DNA from: a virus
IMG/VR virus record: IMGVR_UViG_3300033998_000198
Location: 67,935-131,934 of that record
Reading direction: 5' to 3' (one strand)
Length of the DNA stretch: 64,000 nt
Numbering within the stretch: the stretch's first letter is position 1; each line of letters opens with the position of its first letter. Below the pieces are notes generated by a model that saw only the letters and a list, made by a program, of their open reading frames with translations, made no database searches and was not told where the DNA came from. This document shows positions 44,995-55,380 of the stretch, piece by piece. A program made the translations under genes and the position numbers.

Positions 44995-47547
44995 CTAATT
45001 GCATTTGGATGTACCGCAGTTACGGCATACCATGCAACCTTCTAATTTTTCCATAGGTGCTCCGCATTCACAATACTCCACACCTGGAACTGCCGCTGCT
45101 GCGGCTTCAAGTTTTGCTTTCCTTAAATCAGGCAGTATGATCTGTTTGCCTTCGTCAAGACCACAAGCCTCTCTGTTTGTACAAGATGCACAGCCGTCTT
45201 CATCTTCACAAGATACAAACTGCTGTACCCATGAACGTGGTGCATTCTGGAATATGGTCTCTCCGAAGTGTCTGTTCTGTGCTTCCACCAGGGCCTTTGC
45301 AAAAATAGCAGGACATGACTTCCCTTCGGCCTTCTTATTTCTCAGTGCAACATTGCAGCGGACGCTTGATAGCTGGTCGATTAAACCGTCAAGTACACCA
45401 TCCATTACTATCTTCGTGTTAAGCCCGAGTTCTTCACAGAAGGCTCTGGACAAACGCAAAGTATAACTTATGGTTCTTGACAACCCTTCAGTAAGACCAG
45501 AACACCCACCAGAAGAACCTGTGAAAGCAAAAGTTTCTATAATTGACTTGCCGTCATGGTTAATTACGATGTATGTCTTTCCGCATCCTGTATGATACTG
45601 AGTTGTGTCACCAGGAGCTGTTTTTGGTCTTGAGATAGGGTAAATCGGCATTTGATCGTCAGTAAAGTCAAGATCTTCGTCAAGCTCTATTTCTGGCTGC
45701 GTCTCAAGCCCTATATTGATAGGAGCTGATTCTCTTGACTTGTCACGGTATACCGTCATCCCTTTGATGTTACCCAATGAATACGCCATCATGAATGCTT
45801 CACGCACATCTTCTTTTGTTGTATCTGACCTCATATTGATAGTCTTTGATATACCGCTATCACAATATTTCTGAAGTTCAGACTGCATCATGAGATGTTC
45901 TTTATATGAAATCTCATTGGCATTCTTAAAGATAGCCTTCCATTTATCAGGAACACCATCAACATTAGCAGAACCTTTCCTTGCAACCTTATACATGAGT
46001 TCTTCACTATAGAAGCCTTCACGCTTTGCTATTTTCTCAAACAGTGCTGATACGCAAGGTAATTCCTCACCGTTTAAGATAACACGCATATATGCTGGTG
46101 AGAATAAAGGTTCGCAACCATATGATTCACAGTGCATTAATGTCGTAAGAGAGCCAGTAGGAGCGATTGTAGATACAGCGGCGTTTCTCATGTATCCGTC
46201 TTCGCCGGATTCCATTAACCAGTTGAATTCTTCTTCCGGCAGGAAGCTCTTATAGAATTCAATAGCCTGTTCTCTGTAAGGACCGTTAAGATTGTATTTA
46301 GAGTCCTTAAATGCAGGGAAGTTCCCACGCTCTTTTCCGAGCATGTAACTATAGTAATGTCCTCTGTCATTTATGTATTTCATGATTGATGCTGCTGTTT
46401 CACGGCCCTCTTTTGATGCATATTCAAGACCCATCATGATAAGCACGTCGCCAAGACCTGTAAACCCAACACCAATTCGGCGTTGTCTGTTATGATTTTC
46501 TTTTATTTCAGAAATAGGATACTCATTTATAGTAACAATATTGTCGAGCATCCTTACTGTTGTCTCAATTGTATGATCAAGTGCAGCCCAGTCAATTGTC
46601 TGTCGACCATCGTCCAAATCTCCAGTCATTACATGAGGCAACCCAATTGACCCAAGAACGCAGGAATTATAAGGGGGCAGCGGCTGTTCGCCGCAGGGAT
46701 TACTCGCAACAATTACCTCCTCTGGAACACTGTTCCAGCGTTGAATTCTGTCAATGAATATGATACCAGGTTCTCCGTTCTTATGTGCATGTTCAACGAT
46801 ATTGTCAAATAGTTCTCTTGCTGACACCCATCGTGACTGCACAAGCGTACCCGTTTCGTCTCCTGTATCATAAAACCACATCTTCTCACCATTCTCGTCA
46901 AGGAAATACAATTCCCACGGTTTATCTTCGATTACAGCTTGGAAGAATTCTTCGGTGACACCAACAGAAAGATTGAAATTATTGATCTGGTTGTTGTCCT
47001 CTTTACAACAGATGAATCTTTCGATATCAGGATGATTTACATTCAGAATACCCATGTTGGCACCACGACGAACTCCTCCTTGGGATACAGCACCAGTACC
47101 GGCATCGTATGCCTTCATGAATGGGATAACACCTGAACTTGGTTTGCCTGTTGTCTTTACCAATGCACCTGCCGGACGGAGCGAACTGAAATTAAATCCT
47201 GTACCTCCTCCGGTCTTATGTATCAACGCTGCTTTCCTTATTGTGTCAAAGATATCTGACATGTCGTCCTTGATAGGAAGTACAAAACAAGCAGAACCTT
47301 GTTGTACTCTATGTGATTTGCCATAATTCATAATGACCGGACTGTTTGGCAGCAGCCTCTTTTCGGCAAAAGCATCGAATATTCTCTGCTTCCAGCGAAG
47401 TTTGTCATTGTCGTTCTCTACACTTGCGATCTTGTCTGCCATTGAAAGATATCTTTCGCATGGTGTCTCGCCAGGCTCAAGGCATCTTTTCTTCAAGATC
47501 TTGATTGCATTGTCTGATAGACTAAGTTGTTCTATCACGAACCTCAC
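44995..47547 (-). CDS. nrdJ: Class II (B12-dependent) ribonucleotide reductase
   Basis: SACF, RRGANMG, NPCGE and TIAPTGS motifs; C-terminal TSCPD-like domain and zinc ribbon. Confidence 0.92.
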   Translation of the reverse strand: MRFVIEQLSLSDNAIKILKKRCLEPGETPCERYLSMADKIASVENDNDKLRWKQRIFDAFAEKRLLPNSPVIMNYGKSHRVQQGSACFVLPIKDDMSDIFDTIRKAALIHKTGGGTGFNFSSLRPAGALVKTTGKPSSGVIPFMKAYDAGTGAVSQGGVRRGANMGILNVNHPDIERFICCKEDNNQINNFNLSVGVTEEFFQAVIEDKPWELYFLDENGEKMWFYDTGDETGTLVQSRWVSARELFDNIVEHAHKNGEPGIIFIDRIQRWNSVPEEVIVASNPCGEQPLPPYNSCVLGSIGLPHVMTGDLDDGRQTIDWAALDHTIETTVRMLDNIVTINEYPISEIKENHNRQRRIGVGFTGLGDVLIMMGLEYASKEGRETAASIMKYINDRGHYYSYMLGKERGNFPAFKDSKYNLNGPYREQAIEFYKSFLPEEEFNWLMESGEDGYMRNAAVSTIAPTGSLTTLMHCESYGCEPLFSPAYMRVILNGEELPCVSALFEKIAKREGFYSEELMYKVARKGSANVDGVPDKWKAIFKNANEISYKEHLMMQSELQKYCDSGISKTINMRSDTTKEDVREAFMMAYSLGNIKGMTVYRDKSRESAPINIGLETQPEIELDEDLDFTDDQMPIYPISRPKTAPGDTTQYHTGCGKTYIVINHDGKSIIETFAFTGSSGGCSGLTEGLSRTISYTLRLSRAFCEELGLNTKIVMDGVLDGLIDQLSSVRCNVALRNKKAEGKSCPAIFAKALVEAQNRHFGETIFQNAPRSWVQQFVSCEDEDGCASCTNREACGLDEGKQIILPDLRKAKLEAAAAAVPGVEYCECGAPMEKLEGCMVCRNCGTSKCN

Positions 47548-47951
47548 TCCTTTTCGTTATCTGTGCAAATCTTGGCCCTCAAGTATTTAATCTCATAAGG
47601 GACTATCAGAACCCGTTTGTCTTCCGGGAACTTACCAACGTCTTTCATATGCTGCAATCCTTCTACCAGTGCATCTATCTCGTTCATGCTTAACTGGACA
47701 AGAGGCTGTAACAAAAAGAATTCTTCCTCACCTTTTAATATGCATGGTATGTGCCCTATTTCAATCTGTTTCTGCTCCATGTCATATGCTTTGAGTTTGA
47801 ATTCTACTTTTTCAAGGGCCTTCTTAACCGTTTCAAGGACAGTGACCATATGAGCAGAAGCATCCGCCTTTGAAATAAGTTCCTTGTCGTTCTTGCACTT
47901 ATCGCTGGAATAGTATTGTATAAGAGAATCTATTACAGAAAACACACTCAT
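47544..47951 (-). CDS. Hypothetical protein
   Basis: Coupled to nrdJ. Confidence 0.55.
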   Translation of the reverse strand: MSVFSVIDSLIQYYSSDKCKNDKELISKADASAHMVTVLETVKKALEKVEFKLKAYDMEQKQIEIGHIPCILKGEEEFFLLQPLVQLSMNEIDALVEGLQHMKDVGKFPEDKRVLIVPYEIKYLRAKICTDNEKE

Positions 47952-47959
47952 ATTACTTA

Positions 47960-48532
47960 CTACCCCCTATTGCTCTCTAATTGTTGGATCTTTTTCTTTA
48001 ATGCCTCTATTTCCAACCGCTGGCATTCATTGTCATGCATATAAGCCTTCATATGGGTAACGAGAGATGCAAGGTCTTCAAGCTCAATGATAGCATATCT
48101 GTGAGGGTCTTCCTTGAATGCAAAAGGAAGACACATCACTTTGTTTGTGCTTCGAGCTTCCTCTCGTGCTTTGTCGAGCCATCCTTTCTGGATGCTCATG
48201 GATCTCTCCCCTGACTTTAACTGTCTGCCTGTACGTTCTTTGTTTTCCGGATGAAGAATCTCATCAACGACATCTCCTTTCTCGAACCAAAGAGCACCGG
48301 AGGCCCTTGATCTTCTGGCCTCCTTTATTGTAGGTATATTATTTAATTCATCTGCTGTATCCTGTTCGAGAATTTTCCATGAATCTTTTGCTCCAGCCTT
48401 CTTTGAATCAAATATTTTAGTCCGGCCGGGATTGCTTCGTTTCTTATCTCCGGGTAGCTTTAAAAGAACCTGATCAAAACACCGATAGCACTTTTCGGAG
48501 TTCAGGCATCTGTTTTCATACTCGCAACTCAT
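47960..48532 (-). CDS. Hjc-like PD-(D/E)XK resolvase/nuclease candidate
   Basis: ILEQ..A..L, RRSRASGA...GDV, ENK and SIQKGWLDKAREEA motifs. Confidence 0.55.
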   Translation of the reverse strand: MSCEYENRCLNSEKCYRCFDQVLLKLPGDKKRSNPGRTKIFDSKKAGAKDSWKILEQDTADELNNIPTIKEARRSRASGALWFEKGDVVDEILHPENKERTGRQLKSGERSMSIQKGWLDKAREEARSTNKVMCLPFAFKEDPHRYAIIELEDLASLVTHMKAYMHDNECQRLEIEALKKKIQQLESNRG

Positions 48533-49026
48533 GGCTGACCACCGCTAATGTTTGATTCAATCTTCAACATGGCGTTATCTGTAACAAGAGCTGCTTTCTT
48601 TCCTTCAAGTATCTTAATCATTTCCTGCATAAAGATATGACGTTCCTCGTATCCCATAACAAGGTCGTAGATAGAATGTTTCATTCCTGGAAGTGGATTG
48701 TTTTTCAGATATGTAACCACATGACTTTTAACTTCTGACTCGGTCGGCTTCTGTGTGGTTGGAATAGAGGATTTAACCGTGCTGAAGGCTTCAGTGGTTG
48801 CAAGTTTCATGAGAGTTTCATATTTCTCGAAGTTACGTCTTATATATGCAAAGTCCAGAAGGGCTTCGCTAAGAATTGAGTCTATCTCTGATGTAATTCT
48901 TTTGATGTCACCGGTAGTTGGGTCAGCCGGGATGTCTATTTTATTAATTTGATCAATATAGTATTGCTCCCTCTGAGCCCATTCGGCGTTTGTGTACGCC
49001 AGCTTAACATTGGCCATATTGCCCAT
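48529..49026 (-). CDS. Hypothetical helical protein
   Basis: GGAGG RBS; coupled to the downstream gene. Confidence 0.55.
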   Translation of the reverse strand: MGNMANVKLAYTNAEWAQREQYYIDQINKIDIPADPTTGDIKRITSEIDSILSEALLDFAYIRRNFEKYETLMKLATTEAFSTVKSSIPTTQKPTESEVKSHVVTYLKNNPLPGMKHSIYDLVMGYEERHIFMQEMIKILEGKKAALVTDNAMLKIESNISGGQP

Positions 49027-49089
49027 AATTAAGTAACCTCCCTTTTCGCCTGTGAATAATATTTTAACATAATGTAGGAGCTAAATCAA

Positions 49090-49686
49090 TCATTCATAAT
49101 ACTTTATAATCGGCTTAATCAGATTCCATAACTCCCTCTTATTGGTCTGCAAGTCTTTCTTCTGATCTTCTGTCAACGGATCTTTAGACTGTTCTTCCAG
49201 CTTGTTTATCCGTATTATGTTGTCCAGTATTTCCGGCGGAATTATAATAACATCCATCTTATCTGTCGGTTTGATTCCATAATCTCCGACGCTAACAACA
49301 ACTGATGGGCTGATATCATTTATCTCCAAAGTCATTATTGTATCAAATTTCTCTTTTGTTCCTCCTTCAGCTTTATTGTATGAAGTGAAGTAAACGGCAT
49401 TAAAGTCCATATTGATATCTTTGAAGACCTTTTTGAACAGATCTATATAGTCCTTGCCGCCTCTTAAAGTTTCAAGAACAAACATGATCTTTGAGTTCAG
49501 GTTCCCTATACCTCTTTCAACTTCATTACCATTCATTATCGCTACTGAGTAAGCATACAAGTCATCAAGATACAGGTAACGCTGAATAAATTGCCAGCAG
49601 TATTCTGGATCATCTGCATTCTCAAACAGACAGTCGTGGATGTCCTTCAATAACTGCTTATTATTCGTCCTGTATTGAAGTGCCAC
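49090..49686 (-). CDS. Degenerate uracil-DNA glycosylase family 4-like protein
   Basis: G.GNLNSKIMFVLE, VYFTS.NK and EI..ISP..VV.VG pattern. Confidence 0.45.
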   Translation of the reverse strand: MALQYRTNNKQLLKDIHDCLFENADDPEYCWQFIQRYLYLDDLYAYSVAIMNGNEVERGIGNLNSKIMFVLETLRGGKDYIDLFKKVFKDINMDFNAVYFTSYNKAEGGTKEKFDTIMTLEINDISPSVVVSVGDYGIKPTDKMDVIIIPPEILDNIIRINKLEEQSKDPLTEDQKKDLQTNKRELWNLIKPIIKYYE

Positions 49687-49705
49687 TTATATCACCTCCT
49701 CATGC

Positions 49706-49966
49706 TTACACATAATCTATTACAATCTCATCTCCCGGCTGGATGTTAAGCTCAGGAGCAAGCATAACAGAACGCCATTGCACCTGTAACTCGAATCCGT
49801 GTTTTAACCTTGTACCATTTACAAACACATTTACTGTTGATTCATGAGTCGGTTTTTCCTGAAGCTCAAACTTGAGCTGCCCGCCGGCAGGACAGCTCGT
49901 TACGGTAAAACATTCATGCATCATCCTGACATTCGGGACATCTGGTTTACCGAAGAAATCATCCAT
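49706..49966 (-). CDS. Small hypothetical protein
   Basis: 86-aa ORF in the operon. Confidence 0.55.
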   Translation of the reverse strand: MDDFFGKPDVPNVRMMHECFTVTSCPAGGQLKFELQEKPTHESTVNVFVNGTRLKHGFELQVQWRSVMLAPELNIQPGDEIVIDYV

Positions 49967-49969
49967 GAT

Positions 49970-50149
49970 TTATGATGGAATCTTTTTGCTTTTATGCAGC
50001 CGTTTGAAATCATCACAGCATGTATGTGCTTGGAACTTAAAGAACTTGGCATTTCCTTTTGTACATTTTTCAGCAACCGGGTCTCATTTAATGCAGTTTC
50101 CGCAACTACTTACATGTGGATTTGGCTCTTTTGTGGCCTCATACCTCAT
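49970..50149 (-). pseudogene. 59-codon Cys-rich gene with a single in-frame TGA (50084-50086): pseudogene or readthrough
   Basis: MRYEATKEPNPHVSSCGNCIK*DPVAEKC...HTCCDDFKR...; exactly fills the intergenic gap and has an AGGTGA RBS. Confidence 0.55.
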
Positions 50150-50161
50150 ACATTGCTTCAC

Positions 50162-50800
50162 CTACTTCTTCATGTATTCCTTTAGAACCTGCTCGGCGTT
50201 TGTACCGACATGTCGGGCTTCAAGATTCTTCAGTGCCGGTATAGTATCTATCATTGTTTCCTTGTATTCAGGAACAATAGGACAAACACTAAACCCTGTA
50301 TAGATATATGCTATCGCTGCAAGAATTGAACCCCAGGGGTATCCATTATCTCCTTTCTTGATGTCTACATGAATCTTGTCGTCAAAATAAGATGGAGACC
50401 ATATCGTTACTGTATTGTTTACTTCTGATACTCTTATCTTCAGAGATCTTAGATGCTCACAGATGTGTTCTGCGTCCTTGAACATATAATTATAGTCCAT
50501 CTTAAACATTCTATCAAGGTCTTGCTTTTGTTCATCACTTAATAATTTCCAGTGAATGATTCCACGACCAAGATGATTTGTGGCTTCTATCCTGTAAAGT
50601 TTCTCGTCGATATCTCCGCAGTTGCTGCAATTGATTCGATGTTTTGATGTACTGCATATCTGTGGACCCATCGGTCCTGGCTTCATTTTTAATTCGTATG
50701 TGTCATCAGCATATACGACTTTTATTGCTTTCATTTCTTCTATAACAGAAAGCGTTCCGGTCTTACATAGCGGACACACAGCATATGGTTTATCACTCAT
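50162..50800 (-). CDS. Hypothetical protein with two CxxC pairs
   Basis: CPLC...CSNC. Confidence 0.55.
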   Translation of the reverse strand: MSDKPYAVCPLCKTGTLSVIEEMKAIKVVYADDTYELKMKPGPMGPQICSTSKHRINCSNCGDIDEKLYRIEATNHLGRGIIHWKLLSDEQKQDLDRMFKMDYNYMFKDAEHICEHLRSLKIRVSEVNNTVTIWSPSYFDDKIHVDIKKGDNGYPWGSILAAIAYIYTGFSVCPIVPEYKETMIDTIPALKNLEARHVGTNAEQVLKEYMKK

Positions 50801-51290
50801 TATCTCTCATTCCTTCCCAAATGGCATTTGCCAACTGGATGCCAAGCAATCCAGTATAATATTCGTTTTCATTGATAAGAAAACTCTCCCAATTGAGTTT
50901 TTCTCTCTTTGTTTCCACCATGTTTTCATAATCCGGGATGTCATTAGGGTATTTATTATCGTCGACTTCTTTAAATATACGTTCATGATGTTGGCGGGCC
51001 AGGTCTACAAACAGATCTTTTCCGCCTGCTTTATTCTTTCCATAGATCCAAGCATGGTTATAATGAACCTGTTTATTATAAACAATATCATCAAATTCTC
51101 CATCCCATGCTTCCCATTCATAATCTGGAAGTAATTTGTCAAGTATATAACAACCGATTATTGCAGTCTGCCGGCAGCAGTTCCCCTGCCATTGATAATA
51201 CAGCAGGGGATTTGCAGCCTTTAGCAAGTAATGCAGCAGCGGAATGAATCGGGAATACATTTTATCCTTTACGGATTCAATCGTATCCAT
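50793..51290 (-). CDS. Hypothetical protein
   Basis: Overlap-coupled ORF. Confidence 0.55.
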   Translation of the reverse strand: MDTIESVKDKMYSRFIPLLHYLLKAANPLLYYQWQGNCCRQTAIIGCYILDKLLPDYEWEAWDGEFDDIVYNKQVHYNHAWIYGKNKAGGKDLFVDLARQHHERIFKEVDDNKYPNDIPDYENMVETKREKLNWESFLINENEYYTGLLGIQLANAIWEGMRDNE

Positions 51291-51298
51291 GATTTCAC

Positions 51299-51610
51299 CT
51301 ACCTCTGTTTAGTTCGCATATTGTAGTAGTCCTCCATAGCAGGTTCGTAAATATCTTTTGAATAAACTCTTGTTACTCCTTTCTTTGTCGGGTAATAAAA
51401 TCTTGGGATTTCTATTTGCCGGCGTTCATAGTATTTTTTAATGATGCTATGGACTTCCGAAGGAGTAGCTCTCATACTTGTATACTTGAGTCTTTCAGTA
51501 TATATTTCTGCAATTTCAGTTGCGAACAACATGTGTTCCTCAAGTTCTACAGGCTGAAGGTAAATATATGACATGTTAATCGCCTCCCGCCATGATGTGA
51601 CGCAATACAC
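51299..51610 (-). CDS. Hypothetical protein
   Basis: Operon context; internal GGAGG suggests a later ATG start. Confidence 0.5.
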   Translation of the reverse strand: MYCVTSWREAINMSYIYLQPVELEEHMLFATEIAEIYTERLKYTSMRATPSEVHSIIKKYYERRQIEIPRFYYPTKKGVTRVYSKDIYEPAMEDYYNMRTKQR

Positions 51611-51659
51611 GACGAATCAATACTTGTCAGTTCAATTCTCATAGCATTTAGCATTTACC

Positions 51660-52016
51660 TCACTTCAATTTCATAGTAAATACCGGTGTCTTCTTTACAA
51701 ATGCGTCCACCTCAGCCTGTGTGATTTCGCCATTTTTGACGGCCTGATTAACCATGTCCATGTCAGGTTCCAGCGTCATCTTTATATACTGTTTAAGACC
51801 TTTCTTGGCCAAAAATGCAACAAAATCCTCTTTCTTTACAGTCTCTCTTGTGGATTCTGTAAGGGTCAAGGTTCTGTTAAGATGTTTTACAGTATTTACC
51901 CTATCAGCAATCATCTGAGCCTTTAAGACGTCCTTTATGCTGTCTTGTTCCTCTTTCCTTACTTTAATTTCATCGTCAAGTTCTATATATCGAGTTACTT
52001 TTTCCATATCAATCAT
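51660..52016 (-). CDS. Hypothetical phage protein (Gam/Gp157-like coiled coil)
   Basis: Charged helix then KTLTL..STR...; weak family recall. Confidence 0.45.
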   Translation of the reverse strand: MIDMEKVTRYIELDDEIKVRKEEQDSIKDVLKAQMIADRVNTVKHLNRTLTLTESTRETVKKEDFVAFLAKKGLKQYIKMTLEPDMDMVNQAVKNGEITQAEVDAFVKKTPVFTMKLK

Positions 52017-53035
52017 CAGAATCTCTCCTCCTCATCTATATATGGATCGGCTTCTTCAAGCTCGTCCTCATCAATTCCGGCAATTTCTTCTGGTGAGATA
52101 TACTCTATAGAAATGCCTATAATCTGTTTGTCCGGATCTCCGTCTTCGTATGCTACATAACATGTGTATGAACCATCACCAAATCCCGACGAAGAAACTG
52201 TACCTCCAGGGACAACACCCGCACCCAGGTCTGACAAAGTGATATGGCAACACTGTTCATACCAGGGTTCGTCTTCAAATCCAAGATCCTTTTGTTTGTC
52301 AGGATTGTCGACATGGAACACCGCATTGTTGTTCTTAAATACATCGATGTCAAATATTCCACATTGGCCGGAATCTACTCCAATATTAAAGTTTAGAGGA
52401 ATCATTTCAATTTCCGTTCCGTCTTTTGAAATGTAGAGATCTTTGTGCATTGCTGTAAGTACGGTAACACGGTTACCCCAGTGTTCAATGTCTGCTTTAT
52501 GACAGAATGCCATCCATTTTCCTTTCTTTACGTTCTCAAGTTTACCCTGGCACCATGTTCCAAGACTATAGCAAGGATCTGAAACGATAACAGTTCCAGA
52601 TGTGATATCGAATTCACCAAGGTCAATTGCATCCCACAATGGACTATCATTAGACAACTCATTGTCTGAAAGTTCTTCATATATTTCCACCGGAATTTCA
52701 ATGAACACAGTTGGGTCATCATACGCAACACCGGAAGCACTAATCCTTGAGTCGGTTGAACCAAACAAGTCAAGCAGCAGCTTGTTAGCTGCAAGATAAT
52801 GCTCTTGTGGATTATAACCTGCCATGCAGATCTTGTCATAATCCTCCTCGTCAAGTAGTTCATCAGGATCAATTTCTACAGCTACAGAAAGAGTTTCGTC
52901 ATCCAGATATACTGACAACGGAGTTTTGACATGGGTCTTTCTGTAAATCAACTGTTTGAACATCTTTTCCATTTCATCTGTGGTTGTCCTAAACAGCACA
53001 CACAATGGATTTAAGTTAAAACCATTGACAATCAT
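52016..53035 (-). CDS. Acidic protein with DUF4241-like C-terminal domain
   Basis: GEFDITSGTVIVSDPC, VDSGQ.GIFD and SGFGDGSY motifs. Confidence 0.55.
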   Translation of the reverse strand: MIVNGFNLNPLCVLFRTTTDEMEKMFKQLIYRKTHVKTPLSVYLDDETLSVAVEIDPDELLDEEDYDKICMAGYNPQEHYLAANKLLLDLFGSTDSRISASGVAYDDPTVFIEIPVEIYEELSDNELSNDSPLWDAIDLGEFDITSGTVIVSDPCYSLGTWCQGKLENVKKGKWMAFCHKADIEHWGNRVTVLTAMHKDLYISKDGTEIEMIPLNFNIGVDSGQCGIFDIDVFKNNNAVFHVDNPDKQKDLGFEDEPWYEQCCHITLSDLGAGVVPGGTVSSSGFGDGSYTCYVAYEDGDPDKQIIGISIEYISPEEIAGIDEDELEEADPYIDEEERF

Positions 53036-53466
53036 TCGCTTTCTCTCCTTCTACTGAAATAATCTATACCGCTCCTTATATCGTCATCACTTATGGTATC
53101 TGAGATATATGGACGCAAGACATTCAACAGATATTCTGTTGCCTGTTTGTCATTCTTTATATGTTTTGCTACCAGTTCTATCTCATAACTTTGCCAGGGA
53201 TAAAACGTAGGAATAAACACAAACACTTCATTGTTTGCTATAATTCCTTCACTGATGACCACTCCGTTACTATCAGTCTGTTCGATGCACTCTCCAATCT
53301 CATCCAGAGAGACATCATTGTCTTCCAGAATTTCACGTTTTTCTTCAGATGTTATTCCTTCAGGGAACGGGTCAAGCCCTATGAGCTTAGGCATGGCATC
53401 AAGGTTCAGGTTTTCCCATTTCAACTGATACCCATATCCTATAACACCCCAAGTTGTTTTCGACAT
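53032..53466 (-). CDS. Hypothetical acidic protein
   Basis: GGAGG RBS; coupled to the downstream gene. Confidence 0.55.
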   Translation of the reverse strand: MSKTTWGVIGYGYQLKWENLNLDAMPKLIGLDPFPEGITSEEKREILEDNDVSLDEIGECIEQTDSNGVVISEGIIANNEVFVFIPTFYPWQSYEIELVAKHIKNDKQATEYLLNVLRPYISDTISDDDIRSGIDYFSRRRESE

Positions 53467-53477
53467 GATTATACCTC

Positions 53478-55379
53478 CTAATTGTTTAATATATTCATCA
53501 GTTCGGATTCACTGATAACTTTTATTCCTTTAGCCTTAGCTGCATTTGTTTTGGTTGCACCAACATTCTGGCCGACAACAAGGTAATCTGTATTTCTTGA
53601 AACAGAGTTTGATACATTGTGGCCTTTATTCCTTATGTAATTTTCAAACCATGCTCTCGGCTTACTCAGTGTTCCAGTAATAACAAATGTATAACTCTTT
53701 GTCCAACCTGATGTTCCGTCCTGTGGCAAGGTTGTGTTTGACGACCTTTTTACAGGTGAATCCTTTGGAGTTACATACTGAAACAGATATAGCCATAGTG
53801 CAGCATATTTCATGATATTCTGAACAATGGTGTTCCCTATACCATTGATCTGTTTAATCTGTACACAACCTGCCTTGATATCATTTATGAATTCGGCGAA
53901 CGAACCAACTGTTTCAGCTATATCTCTTGATACGCTACGACCTACTCCGGGTACACCAGTGGCATACAAGAATCTGTGTAGTTCAGTAGTTCTTGCCCTT
54001 TGTATCCTGTTGTAGAGAGTTGTTGCAGACCTCTTTGCAAATCCGGGAAGCTGTTGGATTGCGGTTACATCAAGCGTGAATATATCCCAGGGGTATTTAA
54101 CAAACCCTGAGTCTATCAGCTTTTTCGCTGTTTCATCAGACAATCCTTCGATATCCAGTGCATCTTTCTTTGCAAGATGAACAATGCTCCCTATTAATTT
54201 TGATTTGCAGATAGGATTATTACAGAAGGCTTGGTCATTGACTACATCGATATCCCCTCCACAGTCCGGACATTTCTTTGGTTCCGGAAAGCTGTCAACT
54301 GGTGATACAATTGTTTCAGCCTTTGTTATTGCAGGAATTACGTCATTTGCTTTAATGACAAACACCTTTTGTCCCTTTGCTTTTACTCCAAGAGCATTCA
54401 TGATTCCCTTGTTGTGTAGTGTTACTCTTGATATTTCAGAGCCACATACCCTTACCGGTTGTATTTCCGCAACCGGAGTCAGTTTACCTGTTCTTCCAAC
54501 CTGCCAAGTAACATCGTTTATGATAGTCCACTTCCCTTCGGAAGGAAACTTCCATGCAAATGCGTTCTTTGGGTGATGTCCGGTTACTCCGAATACAGCC
54601 TGAGCATTTGGAATGTTTGATTTTATAACAAGACCGTCTATGTCATACGGCAGTCTGTCACGCTTGTCTTTGTAGCTGATAATAAATCTTACTGCATCAT
54701 CTACTGTCTTTCCGTTTTCATCAGAGAATACACCATAAGGAACGACGGACCATCCCTGATTCTTCAAGGTTATAAGCTGCTGCTCCTCTGTTGCTGATGA
54801 TCCTAATATGTTATATACGTGATAATTCAAATACTTTATATAATTCGGATCTGCTTTGCGGAGGATTCCAGGAATGGCATTCCTTGTATTTTCAAATGTC
54901 TTTTCGCCGTTAGCTTGTCTTTCTGTATTCAGTTTCTCAAGGTTCTCTCTGGTTATAAATACTTCCATCCTTACGGCAGTATTATACTGTGAGAATTGTA
55001 TCCCTTGTATCTGTGATACTCCTGGAGTCACTATCTCTCCTATAAATCCATTTCCTCTTGTCACAAACTTATCATTATAGGCTACGATAGTCATTCCGTC
55101 TATCTTTGGCTCTACAACAACAGGCCATAACTCTTTAACTTTCTCTCTGAGTTCTGTTTCGTCATTTACTTTGTCAAGCGACAATACCTGTGCAATATGT
55201 GTAAATGTAGCACCACCATCTGTATCGTCAGGAACGTAGTCGTATTCTCCTCCCATTGCGATATATTGCTGTTTCAATGCGTCATATTCTGCGTCACTGA
55301 TTTCAGGAGCTGCCTTCTTATAGTAAAGGTCGTCGTGGTAGTCAATTAACTCCTTCAGCTTCCTTAATTCTTCAGTCAC
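53478..55379 (-). CDS. ligA: NAD-dependent DNA ligase (probable GTG start at 55379)
   Basis: EISDAEYD, EPKIDG, DIDGLVIK, QVGRTGKLTP, C4 zinc finger, HhH repeats and BRCT FVITG. Confidence 0.95.
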   Translation of the reverse strand: MTEELRKLKELIDYHDDLYYKKAAPEISDAEYDALKQQYIAMGGEYDYVPDDTDGGATFTHIAQVLSLDKVNDETELREKVKELWPVVVEPKIDGMTIVAYNDKFVTRGNGFIGEIVTPGVSQIQGIQFSQYNTAVRMEVFITRENLEKLNTERQANGEKTFENTRNAIPGILRKADPNYIKYLNYHVYNILGSSATEEQQLITLKNQGWSVVPYGVFSDENGKTVDDAVRFIISYKDKRDRLPYDIDGLVIKSNIPNAQAVFGVTGHHPKNAFAWKFPSEGKWTIINDVTWQVGRTGKLTPVAEIQPVRVCGSEISRVTLHNKGIMNALGVKAKGQKVFVIKANDVIPAITKAETIVSPVDSFPEPKKCPDCGGDIDVVNDQAFCNNPICKSKLIGSIVHLAKKDALDIEGLSDETAKKLIDSGFVKYPWDIFTLDVTAIQQLPGFAKRSATTLYNRIQRARTTELHRFLYATGVPGVGRSVSRDIAETVGSFAEFINDIKAGCVQIKQINGIGNTIVQNIMKYAALWLYLFQYVTPKDSPVKRSSNTTLPQDGTSGWTKSYTFVITGTLSKPRAWFENYIRNKGHNVSNSVSRNTDYLVVGQNVGATKTNAAKAKGIKVISESELMNILNN

Positions 55380-55380
55380 T

